NCBI GenBank assembly: GCA_963666565.1
Contig: OY762911.1
Location: 2,656,001 to 2,720,000, forward strand
Direction: 5' to 3'
Length of the DNA: 64,000 nucleotides
Origin: Thermoanaerobaculia bacterium
Lineage (GTDB): Bacteria; Acidobacteriota; Thermoanaerobaculia; Multivoradales; Multivoraceae
The notes under the pieces were generated by a model. It was not told the DNA's origin and made no database searches. It saw only the letters and a list, made by a program, of their open reading frames with translations. Within the stretch, counting starts at the first letter, position 1; each line of letters opens with the position of its first letter. The position numbers and the translations under genes were made by a program. Below, piece after piece: positions 50,740 through 59,352 of this stretch.

Positions 50740-53700
50740 CTAGTCCTGGACCGCAGGATCGCTCGGTTCTTCTGCGTGCTGGTTCCAGGCGTGGGCGAAG
50801 AAGCCGTAGCGTAGTCGTCCGTGCCACCGAGTCCACGGGATCGGGAACACCCTTGGTTCCACGGTCTCGGTTGAGTCCACGACGTACAGCCAGTACTCGG
50901 CTCCGTCTTCCTGCTGCAGCGCGTCGTTGACTTGGCGGGCGGACAGGAGGACGCTGGCGTCCTTTCCTTCGAATCGTCCCTGCACGCCCTTCACTTCAAT
51001 GCGGCGGAGCTCCCGGCCGGTCTTCGGGTCTCGGCTGAGCACGTCGAAACCGGGCTGGCCGTCTGGCGCTTCCAGAGCTTCTCGACCCTGCCTCTTCTCG
51101 AACTCCACGACCGCTCCGCGGGCTCTCTTGTCGCTTTTCGGCCCCGTCCTCGTCTTGGCCGAAGTCCTGCTGGCCGCGTTCGACTTCGACTCGCCGTCGC
51201 GCTTGGACTCGACGAAGACCGCGACCTGGTTCGCCGCTGGCCGTTCGGAGACCTTCTTCGGTTCCCTCGGTGCCGTTTCGACGACTGGCTCTCTGACTTC
51301 GTCGCTTTCCGCAACAGGCTCGTCGTGGTCGTTCGGCCTCAGGTCGTCGAGATCGGTCTCCACGCCGAGTCCATCCGCCAGCGTCTTGAGATGTGTTCGG
51401 AACAACCTCGAGTCCTCCAGCGCGAAGAGCGCTCCGGTCAGCCACGCGACCTCGTGGCCTCGCTGGCCAAGTCGGAAGTGGTTCACGAGCTGGTCGGCTG
51501 CCTCGACGGCGAAGCTCGACGGCTCGCCGGCGAGCCGGAGGATGTCGCCCTCGGCGTAGGCCGCGAGGCGGCGCTCCGTGTCTTCGACGCGCAGAGTCAA
51601 GTCCTCGTGGAAGGTCAGTTGCCGGATCTCCCGTCGATCCCCGAGCAGGGCCAAGGTCTGGACAAGTTGCTTGAGTCGGCCCGTCCACGGCGTCTGGCGA
51701 TCAACCGTCCTGCCGGGCAGGATCGTGACTTGGTCAGACAGCAAGGGAATGTCGAGGCGCTCGGCGACCCGGCGAACCGATTGGGCCGTTTCTCCCAGGT
51801 GGGCCGCCGCCACCGCGATTCGACCGCCGGAGAGCGACTGGCGGATGAACGGCGACTGGACATCGTCGACTATGAGCGAGGAGTTGTCCACAGGCCACCA
51901 CTGACCTTGCCCATGAAGCCGGGCGCGCTCTCGGTTCTCCTCCCAATGCGAAAGTGGTAGATCCCCGGCGTCGAGATCATCGAGCGCGTAGCGGTAGGCG
52001 GCGGCGATTCGGCTGCGAACTCGCTCCACTTGCGCAGGTCCCTCGTCCCACACAAGCACCAGGAAGTCCAGGGCTTGACGCCCCGTTGTGGTTGCCGGAA
52101 TCGAAGGGACGAGTTCGGCCACGATGGCCGCCAAGTCGTCGCTGACGGAAGACAAGGGGACGACCCAACCACCGAGATCGCTTCGTAGACCCTCGCCTAC
52201 GCCGCAGCGGCGGACGGCACGTCTGACCAAGGGTACGTCGTGGAGCGTCACGCCGTCGAGCGCGGCGTCAAGTTCGGCTCGTGTGACGAGTTTGGTACGG
52301 TACTCCTCTTGCACTTCCCGAAGGAGGCTGGCCAGTTCGGCGTCTGGCATCTCTTCCTCCCCGCGCAGCACGAGACGGCGGAGCGCCGGTGACTTCGGAA
52401 TGTTGTCGCCGAACGCGATGCCCTCTTGCCGCAGTACCTCGGCGAACTCCGAGTCAATGTCCGCGACCGGCGCATCTTCGTAGTCGGGATGGGGGGAGAG
52501 CAGCGCATCGCCCGGCTTGCGCCGTTTCCCGTCCGCGCAGAGCAGCCAAGCGTGGTGGCGTAGATCCTGAGTCCAGTTACACGGTGTCGTCCCGCGTCTC
52601 GTCTTGGTGCCGTAGAAGCTTCCTTCGGCTCGCTTCCTTCCACGGTGCCTAAGGGAGCTGGGCCTGTCGCTCAACCAAACCTGCAGTGCCTCGGCGGGAA
52701 CATCGGCGACGGGGAAGGGAAACTCGTAGTCCAACACCCTGTAGCCGCCGTTCGCGCGGGTCCTCGGCGGTTCAGCACCGATTTGTCGCTGGACCATCCA
52801 GTAGTCTGTGGAGGATGTCCTCAACTCCCGGAGCTTGACTTGGCCTGCGACGCCGAGTCGCTCCAGGAACAGGATCACCGCCCGTCGGCCTTCGATGAAG
52901 GCGTAGTCCTCGACGAGTGCGGGCCTGTTCTGGAAGAGGTCCCGGCGACATCGGCCATGGTCGACAAGCGGGTCCGCGAGCAAGGCTTCGCGGGGTCTGC
53001 GAGCTCCATCCTCCGTCATCACAAGGGGCACGAGATCCTGGCGCCGTTCGCCCCGCCGGAGTGCCCATTCGAGGAGTTCAACCAGCGGGAGATCGTCCTT
53101 GTCCTCGACCGCGTCACAGGCTCTCTCAACGACGGACGCGAGTTTCACGTCCTGCTGCAGGCCCTTGAGCCATGCGGCGCCGGGATGGCGCGATTGTCTC
53201 ACCCGATTGCGTAGCCCTGCCGGAAGCCGCTGATCCGGTTGGGGAAGGAGCCCCGCGAGTGCCTTCGCGACAGCAGGACCGCTCAGCTCCTTTTCGGAAG
53301 GCGGCTCTTCGTTCAGGAAACGCGTGCGTCCTGCCGCCAGCCATGTACCCGCCTCGGTGGGGACGGCTGGCACGTCTTGCCATCCTCGATCGTCGATGCC
53401 GTGCCAAAGCGCGAACAGAGCATCCGTACGCTCATCCTCGGGCAGTTCGGCCAACGCGTCCCACCAAACGGGCAGCGTCTCCGACCAGCGAACGTCGCCT
53501 CGTTCCACGCTACCTGCGCAGCCGAGCCAACGCAGAAAGTCGACGCCACGCTTACCGAGGACTCCCTCCTGCACGAGTTCCCGGTCGAACAACAGGTCCG
53601 GGCGCCAGTCAGGTCGGCGACCGAAGTCCTCCCGGAACCCGCGAGGGAGGCGGACGGCTCTGCTCAGACTGCTGTATCCGCCCGGTTCGGTCCCATGAAT

Positions 53701-54912
53701 CGGCACGACACTCAGGTCGCCGAGCGCTCTGGTGAAGTCCTCCTGAAAGTGCCCCAGCGCATCGGAGAGCGGGGCGTCGTCCTTCGTCGGGTCAGCCAGA
53801 AGCCGGTATCCCGCTTCCTTGGACTCTTCGGGTTGCTTCTTGAGCCAGACGAGGATCTGGCGAACGAGTTCGGGGACTTGCCTCACGATGGCTTGCTGCC
53901 AGGCGTTCTCCTCGATGGGCCTCAGGTTCTGGCGGTCGAGATCGACGAGCCAGTCGGCCTGTAGGTGGAAGCCGAACGGCACGCGCGTCTGGGTCGGGAG
54001 TGTCGCGTAAACGCGCCCGCGGTCCGGTGGATCGGACCTGCCGTCACTGTCAAGCGGCAGCAATGCGATGACTTGCCGCTCCGGCCGTTGGCCCCGAGCG
54101 TCACGTTGATCGTTGAGTTCGCTGCGTGCCTCCAGGAACGCACGCATTTCGTCGTTTCCGGGGCGGTAGTTGGAGGCAAACGACTGCCACTGGAAGAGCT
54201 TCCCATCGGACGACGATCGGACTTCAACGACGCCGTCCTTGGCGGAGAGGCGCCACGTCACGTCGTCGATGCGTACCTCTTCGAGGCCGCGGAGCGCAAG
54301 GACCGCGAGCGGGATCGGATCGTCGGGGGCCGCGAGACGCTCAAGGTCGGCCAGAAGAGGCGGGTCGGGATCCGCCCGGTGGCTGAGCTGAAAGGCGGTG
54401 GTGTAGTCGGCGTCCGGATTCAGCGGTGGGGGATCTTCGTCCCAGTCTGGAAGCAGCGTGTCGAACCAACGGATGACTCTCGCTCCAAGGTCCCCTCGGT
54501 CGGTGGTGACGTTGAAGCGGAGGCGCCATCCGAACCCGGAGACTCGCGCTCGGCGAAATCGGGCGAAGACCGACTTGAAGCCCACCCCCATGAACCCGAT
54601 CGCGGCGAGTCCCTTCGTGGATTGTCCGAGCGATGCCAGAGCCCGGACGTGTTCCTCGTCCAGAGCTTGCCCGCCGTCGTGCTGGAAGCGGACAGTGCCT
54701 TCGTCGATCCGCCGCCACTCAACCCGCCGGGCACCCGCGTCGATGGCGTTCTGGGTCAGTTCGTACACGTAGGTCCAAGGATGGGAGTGGCCGGCAGAGA
54801 GCATCCGCTCTACGGCTGACCGGGCGGCTGGACCGAACTCCTTCTCGTTCTCCTGCCGTACCCGCGACACGAAGCGGCGGTGGGGTTCGGACTGCGGCAT
54901 GGCGTTACCCAT
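50740..54912 (-). CDS. Sacsin/GHKL-type ATPase fused to a C-terminal NOV (DUF3883) PD-(D/E)xK nuclease-like domain
   Basis: YELTQNAIDA, FQHDG, GQSTK..IGFMGVGFKSVF, YATLPT...FHLQADW; C-terminal AVVEFE...PGFDVLS...RRIEVKG...YWLYVV. Start at 54912 or 54900. Confidence 0.85.
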   Translation of the reverse strand: MGNAMPQSEPHRRFVSRVRQENEKEFGPAARSAVERMLSAGHSHPWTYVYELTQNAIDAGARRVEWRRIDEGTVRFQHDGGQALDEEHVRALASLGQSTKGLAAIGFMGVGFKSVFARFRRARVSGFGWRLRFNVTTDRGDLGARVIRWFDTLLPDWDEDPPPLNPDADYTTAFQLSHRADPDPPLLADLERLAAPDDPIPLAVLALRGLEEVRIDDVTWRLSAKDGVVEVRSSSDGKLFQWQSFASNYRPGNDEMRAFLEARSELNDQRDARGQRPERQVIALLPLDSDGRSDPPDRGRVYATLPTQTRVPFGFHLQADWLVDLDRQNLRPIEENAWQQAIVRQVPELVRQILVWLKKQPEESKEAGYRLLADPTKDDAPLSDALGHFQEDFTRALGDLSVVPIHGTEPGGYSSLSRAVRLPRGFREDFGRRPDWRPDLLFDRELVQEGVLGKRGVDFLRWLGCAGSVERGDVRWSETLPVWWDALAELPEDERTDALFALWHGIDDRGWQDVPAVPTEAGTWLAAGRTRFLNEEPPSEKELSGPAVAKALAGLLPQPDQRLPAGLRNRVRQSRHPGAAWLKGLQQDVKLASVVERACDAVEDKDDLPLVELLEWALRRGERRQDLVPLVMTEDGARRPREALLADPLVDHGRCRRDLFQNRPALVEDYAFIEGRRAVILFLERLGVAGQVKLRELRTSSTDYWMVQRQIGAEPPRTRANGGYRVLDYEFPFPVADVPAEALQVWLSDRPSSLRHRGRKRAEGSFYGTKTRRGTTPCNWTQDLRHHAWLLCADGKRRKPGDALLSPHPDYEDAPVADIDSEFAEVLRQEGIAFGDNIPKSPALRRLVLRGEEEMPDAELASLLREVQEEYRTKLVTRAELDAALDGVTLHDVPLVRRAVRRCGVGEGLRSDLGGWVVPLSSVSDDLAAIVAELVPSIPATTTGRQALDFLVLVWDEGPAQVERVRSRIAAAYRYALDDLDAGDLPLSHWEENRERARLHGQGQWWPVDNSSLIVDDVQSPFIRQSLSGGRIAVAAAHLGETAQSVRRVAERLDIPLLSDQVTILPGRTVDRQTPWTGRLKQLVQTLALLGDRREIRQLTFHEDLTLRVEDTERRLAAYAEGDILRLAGEPSSFAVEAADQLVNHFRLGQRGHEVAWLTGALFALEDSRLFRTHLKTLADGLGVETDLDDLRPNDHDEPVAESDEVREPVVETAPREPKKVSERPAANQVAVFVESKRDGESKSNAASRTSAKTRTGPKSDKRARGAVVEFEKRQGREALEAPDGQPGFDVLSRDPKTGRELRRIEVKGVQGRFEGKDASVLLSARQVNDALQQEDGAEYWLYVVDSTETVEPRVFPIPWTRWHGRLRYGFFAHAWNQHAEEPSDPAVQD

Positions 54913-55135
54913 CGAGAAGCTCGAAGAGCCGCTTCCGGCTCATCCCGGCGGTTCGCATGTTCTTGAGGATGATGCCCACCGGCACGTCCTTGCCCATGGG
55001 GATGACCACGGGGCGGCTCGCGCCTTCCTTGGTCAGGGTCAGGTGAGAGCCGACCTGGTGCTTCCTGGTCCAGCCGTCCCGTTCGAAGACGCGGACGAGC
55101 CGGCGCGGCCTAATGGGCCGTAGCGGCCTGGACAA
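54905..55135 (-). CDS. hicA: HicA family toxin
   Basis: 76 aa; GW...QVGSH, VVIPM, G.I...MR.AGMS. Confidence 0.88.
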   Translation of the reverse strand: MSRPLRPIRPRRLVRVFERDGWTRKHQVGSHLTLTKEGASRPVVIPMGKDVPVGIILKNMRTAGMSRKRLFELLDG

Positions 55136-55454
55136 GCTGCTGCCTCGTCTGGAATGGCACCATGCGATCTGTGGTGCTGGCAGCGGAGTAGCGGTTCTCG
55201 GTCGAGGTCTCGAAGCCGCAGTCCCTCAGGACTTCGTCCAGGGTTCCGATGTCGTAGCAGGTGAAGAGGAAGGCGCCCAGAGCCTCGCCCAGCATCTCCT
55301 GGGCCTCCTGCCGGTCCGCGCCGTGGCTTGCTACGTCCAGGAGAGGACACGACGCGATCCACGCGTCTCCCTCCACGTGGAAGTCGACGGGCACCGTCAT
55401 CCTGAAGTGGACGCGGTCCGGGCGGGCGTCAACGAGGATACTGGCTTCAGGCAT
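55110..55454 (-). CDS. hicB: HicB-like antitoxin (short, no obvious DNA-binding domain)
   Basis: EGDAWIASCPLLDVASHGADRQEA..ML.EAL; GTLDEVL..CGF; overlaps hicA. Confidence 0.8.
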   Translation of the reverse strand: MPEASILVDARPDRVHFRMTVPVDFHVEGDAWIASCPLLDVASHGADRQEAQEMLGEALGAFLFTCYDIGTLDEVLRDCGFETSTENRYSAASTTDRMVPFQTRQQLVQAATAH

Positions 55455-55636
55455 GAGCGAGGTTCCGGTCCAGGCGTCCAGACTACACCAGCGTCCGGGC
55501 GGGGGCGACGATGTCGGCGTCGTTCGCCTCCTGTGCCGCCGTGGCCGCTGATAGCCTGACGGTTCTCGTCAGGACCAGCGCAGGCGACCGGGACTCCGGC
55601 GCGCGCCGCCCGCAATCGGGGAGGGGATTCACCGTG

Positions 55637-56740
55637 ATGAAAGCAGCCGTGTTCCACGAGGTCGGGCAGCCGCTCGAGATCACCGATGTCGCCATCGGCA
55701 AGCCGGGACCGCACGAGATCCTGATTCGCAGCGCCGTGGTCGGGGTCTGCCACAGCGATCTCCACTTCGTCGACGGGCTGTGGCCGATCCGTACGCCGGC
55801 GATCCTCGGCCACGAGGCGTCCGGCATCGTGGAGCAGGTCGGATCCGAGGTGCGCTACGTCAAGCCGGGCGACCACGTGATCACCTGCCTGTCCGTGTTC
55901 TGCGGCTACTGCGAGTACTGCATGAGCGGCGAGCCGACGCTGTGCGACAAGCGGGCCACGAGGCGGCCGAGAACCGGCGAACCGCGACTGGCGCTGCCGC
56001 CCAGCAACGGCGGCGGTCCGCGGCCCGTCTCGCAGTTCGCCGACCTCGCCTCGTTCGCGGAGCAGATGCTGGTCCACGAGAACGCGGTGGTGAAGATCCG
56101 CGAGGACATGCCGCTCGACCGCGCCGCCGTCATCGGCTGCGCGGTGACGACCGGAGTCGGCGCCGCGTTTCGCACGGCCCAGGTCGAGCCGGGCTCGACG
56201 GTGGCCGTCATCGGCTGCGGCGGCATCGGCCTGTCGACGATCAACGGCGCCGAACTCGCCGGCGCGGGCCGCGTCATCGCGGTCGACCGGGTGGCCTCCA
56301 AGCTGGAACTGGCGAAGCGGTTCGGCGCCACGGACACGGTGGACGCGTCCGCGGGCGACCCGGTCGAGCAGATCCGCGAGATGACCGGCGGCGGCGTGCA
56401 GTACGCCTTCGAGGCGATCGGCCTCAAGGTAACGGCCGAGCAGGCCTGGGCGATGCTGCGGCCCGGCGGCACGGCGACCGTGATCGGCATGGTCCCGTTC
56501 GGCGAGAACATCGAGATTCCCGGCCACGAGATGCTCCAGGCGAAGTGCATCCAGGGCTGCGTCATGGGGTCGAACCGCTTCCGCATCGACATGCCGCGGC
56601 TGATCGACTTCTACCTGGCCGGCAAGCTGAAGCTCGACGAACTGATCTCGGACCGGGTCGGGTTCTCGCAGATCAACGAGGCGCTTGAGAACCTGAAGAA
56701 CGGCGAGGTTGCCCGTCAGGTCATCGTGTTCGATGGCTAG
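55637..56740 (+). CDS. Zn-dependent alcohol dehydrogenase (class III-like)
   Basis: VCHSD, GHEASG, C..C..C.......C, GCAVTTG, GCGGIG. Confidence 0.93.
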   Translation: MKAAVFHEVGQPLEITDVAIGKPGPHEILIRSAVVGVCHSDLHFVDGLWPIRTPAILGHEASGIVEQVGSEVRYVKPGDHVITCLSVFCGYCEYCMSGEPTLCDKRATRRPRTGEPRLALPPSNGGGPRPVSQFADLASFAEQMLVHENAVVKIREDMPLDRAAVIGCAVTTGVGAAFRTAQVEPGSTVAVIGCGGIGLSTINGAELAGAGRVIAVDRVASKLELAKRFGATDTVDASAGDPVEQIREMTGGGVQYAFEAIGLKVTAEQAWAMLRPGGTATVIGMVPFGENIEIPGHEMLQAKCIQGCVMGSNRFRIDMPRLIDFYLAGKLKLDELISDRVGFSQINEALENLKNGEVARQVIVFDG

Positions 56741-56829
56741 GAACTCCGGCAGCCGCGCTGTGCGCTGCTCCGCGCCAGAGCGGCGCCGGCCTGACGGCTG
56801 GCCCGTTTTTCCAGCCGCCTCCGGCGGCA

Positions 56830-56853
56830 GCGGGTCGGAAGACCCGCGCACCG
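56830..56853 (-). repeat. REP-like repeat, copy E
   Basis: Hairpin GCGGGTC-GGAA-GACCCGC followed by GCACC; same stem as copy C. Confidence 0.6.
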
Positions 56854-56885
56854 ACAACGAGCCCGGTTCCCTGCGGGCCATTGCG

Positions 56886-58319
56886 GTGATCGCGCTGTGC
56901 CTGCTGGCTCCGATCGCCTCTTCGCCGCTGGCGGCCGATGGTGTAACCGGGAAGGGCGACCTCGAAGCGGCGGTGGCCTCCCGCGCGGACCTGCTCTGGG
57001 ACGCCGCGCGCAAGGTCTGGGAGTGGGCCGAGCCCGGCTACCAGGAGACGAAGTCCGCGGCGCTGCTCGCCTCGCTGGTCGAGGAGGAGGGATTCGACGT
57101 CGGCCGCGGAGTCGCCGGCATCCCGACGAGCTTCGTCGCCTCGTTCGGCTCCGGCCGGCCGGTGATCGCGATCCTCGCCGAGTTCGACGCCCTGCCGGGG
57201 CTCTCCCAGGAAGCGGTACCGACCCGCTCGCCGCGCGAGGGGACCGACTGGGGCCACGCCTGCGGCCACCACCTGTTCGGCGCCGGTTCGCTGGGCGCGG
57301 CCCTCGCCGTGGCCGACGGCATCCGCGGCGGAGCGATCCAGGGGACGGTCCGGCTCTACGGCACCCCCGCCGAGGAGGGCGGCGGCGCCAAGGCGTTCAT
57401 GGCCCGGGCCGGCCTGTTCGACGACGTGGACGCGGTGCTTCACTGGCACCCCGGCGACGGGAACTCGGCCGGCGATCCGACGAACCTGGCCCGCGTGGCG
57501 GCCAAGTTCCGCTACCGCGGCCGCGCCGCCCACGCCGCTGCGTCTCCCGAGGCGGGCCGCTCCGCCCTCGACGCCGTGGCGATCCTGAACTACGGCGCCG
57601 AACTGCTGCGCGAGCACACGCCGGACCGGACCCGCATTCACCATGTGATCACCGCCGGCGGCGACGCGCCGAACGTCGTGCCCGCCTTCGCCGAGGCGTA
57701 CTACTACGTCCGCCACCCGGACATCGATGTGGCGCGGTCCATCTACGACCGGCTCGTTCTGGTGGCCGAGGGCGCCGCCCACGCGACGGAGACCGAACTG
57801 GAGATCGAGTTCCTGGGCGGCATCCACAACCTACTGCCGAACGACACGCTGTCCCGGGTGTCGCTCGCGAACTTCGAGAGCCTCATCGACCTGGGCTACA
57901 CGGAAGCCGAGAAGGCGTGGGCCGCGAAGCTCCAGGAATCTCTTCTCAAGCCGCGGCCGCTCGCCTCGGTCTCCGAGCTCCGCGACGACACCGGCGCCAC
58001 GACCCTCGGCTCGACCGATGTCGGCGACGTCTCCTGGGTCGCGCCGACGACCGGCATCCGGACCGCCTGCTGGGTGCCCGGCACGCCGGCCCATTCCTGG
58101 CAGGCGGTGGCCGCCGGCGGCACGACGATCGGCCGCCAGGGCATGCTGATGGCCGCCCGCGTTCTCGCCGCGACAGCGTGGGACCTGCTCGCCGATCCCT
58201 CGATCGTCGAGGCGGCCAGGGAAGAACTCGACCGCCGGCTGGCCGACCGCCCCTACCGCGCGGCGCTCGAAGAAGGCCAGCAGCCGCCGCTCGACTACCG
58301 CAGGCCGCCCGAACGGTAG
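56886..58319 (+). CDS. M20 amidohydrolase (AbgB-like), secreted; start uncertain
   Basis: EPGYQE, AEFDALPGLSQ, GHACGHH, GTPAEEGG, GSTDVGDVSW, PAHSWQ. Confidence 0.9.
   Translation: MIALCLLAPIASSPLAADGVTGKGDLEAAVASRADLLWDAARKVWEWAEPGYQETKSAALLASLVEEEGFDVGRGVAGIPTSFVASFGSGRPVIAILAEFDALPGLSQEAVPTRSPREGTDWGHACGHHLFGAGSLGAALAVADGIRGGAIQGTVRLYGTPAEEGGGAKAFMARAGLFDDVDAVLHWHPGDGNSAGDPTNLARVAAKFRYRGRAAHAAASPEAGRSALDAVAILNYGAELLREHTPDRTRIHHVITAGGDAPNVVPAFAEAYYYVRHPDIDVARSIYDRLVLVAEGAAHATETELEIEFLGGIHNLLPNDTLSRVSLANFESLIDLGYTEAEKAWAAKLQESLLKPRPLASVSELRDDTGATTLGSTDVGDVSWVAPTTGIRTACWVPGTPAHSWQAVAAGGTTIGRQGMLMAARVLAATAWDLLADPSIVEAAREELDRRLADRPYRAALEEGQQPPLDYRRPPER
58276..58319 (+). repeat. Direct repeat, left copy (3' end of the amidohydrolase gene)
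   Basis: 40/44 identical to 59228-59271, including a 28-bp perfect run. Confidence 0.92.
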
Positions 58320-58324
58320 CGGCG

Positions 58325-58358
58325 CGCCGGCGACGGCGGGTACTCGCCGTCGCCGGCG
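58325..58358 (+). terminator. GC-rich hairpin after the amidohydrolase stop
   Basis: CGCCGGCGACGGCG...CGCCGTCGCCGGCG, 14-bp stem; only TT follows, so no clear U-tract. Confidence 0.5.
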
Positions 58359-58487
58359 TTGGCGATGGAGGGTCGAAGGCCGAGTTTTCGAGCCGCCTTC
58401 CGAGGCGCCGGCGGCCGCTGCCCGCGCGCCTCGACGACCCCGGAGACCCGGCTGGCCCGGAGGCGCCGACCGGGAGGCTCCCGGGAC

Positions 58488-58541
58488 TTGCGGGCCGTCG
58501 GTTGCCGCCGGTAGAGTCACGGTGACTCACATCCGACTCAC
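58488..58541 (+). promoter_or_regulatory. vapBC promoter/operator
   Basis: TTGCGG-18-TAGAGT; palindrome GAGTCAC-G-GTGACTC (58514-58528) over the -10 box, plus an extra GACTCAC at 58535-58541. Confidence 0.6.
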
Positions 58542-58558
58542 TCTTCGGGGGACGCCGA

Positions 58559-58825
58559 GTGGCCTTCAAGCAACTGACGGTTCGTGGCCTGGACGAGGAC
58601 ATCGTTCACGAGCTTGAGCGCATCGCGGAAGAAGAGGACGTTTCGCTGAATCAGTCCGTCAGGAAGCTGCTGCGCCGGGGGCTCGCCCATTCGGGCAATG
58701 AGGCTGACGGCGTGATCGGGAACTCCCTCGATCACCTCATCGGCACCTGGACCGCCGAGGAAGCGGACAAGTTCGACCGGGCGGTAGCGGACTTCAACGT
58801 CATCGACGAGTCGATGTGGAAGTGA
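58559..58825 (+). CDS. vapB: VapB/FitA-like ribbon-helix-helix antitoxin
   Basis: KQLTVRGLD...L...A.....SLN; LIGTWT.EEA..F, IDESMWK. Confidence 0.85.
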   Translation: MAFKQLTVRGLDEDIVHELERIAEEEDVSLNQSVRKLLRRGLAHSGNEADGVIGNSLDHLIGTWTAEEADKFDRAVADFNVIDESMWK

Positions 58826-59271
58826 GCGTCTATCTGCTCGACACCGACGCCTACTCGCATCTGAGGCGCGGTCATCGGCAGCTTGCGGGTCTCGTCCGAT
58901 CCTCGACGAGGATCTTTCTCTCGACGGTCGTGGCCGGCGAGCTTCTCTACGGCTTCCGCCATGGAGACCGCTTCGACGAGAACGTCGAGGAACTCGAGTC
59001 CTTCCTGCGGAGCCCGCTGGTGGAGGTCGTGCCGGTCAGCATGAGGACGAGTGATCGGTACTCGCGCATCGCCGCGGCTCTTCGGGCGTACGGCAGACCG
59101 ATTCCGACGAACGACATCTGGATCGCCGCGCACGCCATGGAGACGGGGAGCGAGCTGCTCTCCTTCGATCGTCACTACGAGCGGGTGGACGGTCTCGTTT
59201 GGAGAAGGCTCCGGACCGAGTCGGTCCGCCAGCAGCCGCCGCTCGACTACCGCAGACCTTCCGAACGGTAA
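58822..59271 (+). CDS. vapC: VapC PIN-domain toxin with a C-terminal tail from the duplicated host gene end
   Basis: LLDTDAY, VAGELLYGF, GRPIPTNDIWIAAHA, LLSFDRHY; GTGA overlap with the antitoxin. Confidence 0.92.
   Translation: MSVYLLDTDAYSHLRRGHRQLAGLVRSSTRIFLSTVVAGELLYGFRHGDRFDENVEELESFLRSPLVEVVPVSMRTSDRYSRIAAALRAYGRPIPTNDIWIAAHAMETGSELLSFDRHYERVDGLVWRRLRTESVRQQPPLDYRRPSER
59228..59271 (+). repeat. Direct repeat, right copy (encodes the VapC C-terminus)
   Basis: Encodes QQPPLDYRRPSER*, versus QQPPLDYRRPPER* in the amidohydrolase. Confidence 0.92.
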
Positions 59272-59272
59272 C

Positions 59273-59341
59273 ACCACGGCAGGCGCCTCACACCGGGTGC
59301 GCCGACGTCCCCGCCGGTTTCCGAAGAGAACGCGCGCCGCG
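59273..59341 (+). repeat. REP-like repeat, copy F
   Basis: ACCACGGCAGGCGCCTCACACCGGGTGCGCCGACGTCCCCGCCGG; matches copies A, C and D. Confidence 0.75.
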
Positions 59342-59352
59342 CAGCGGCGACC

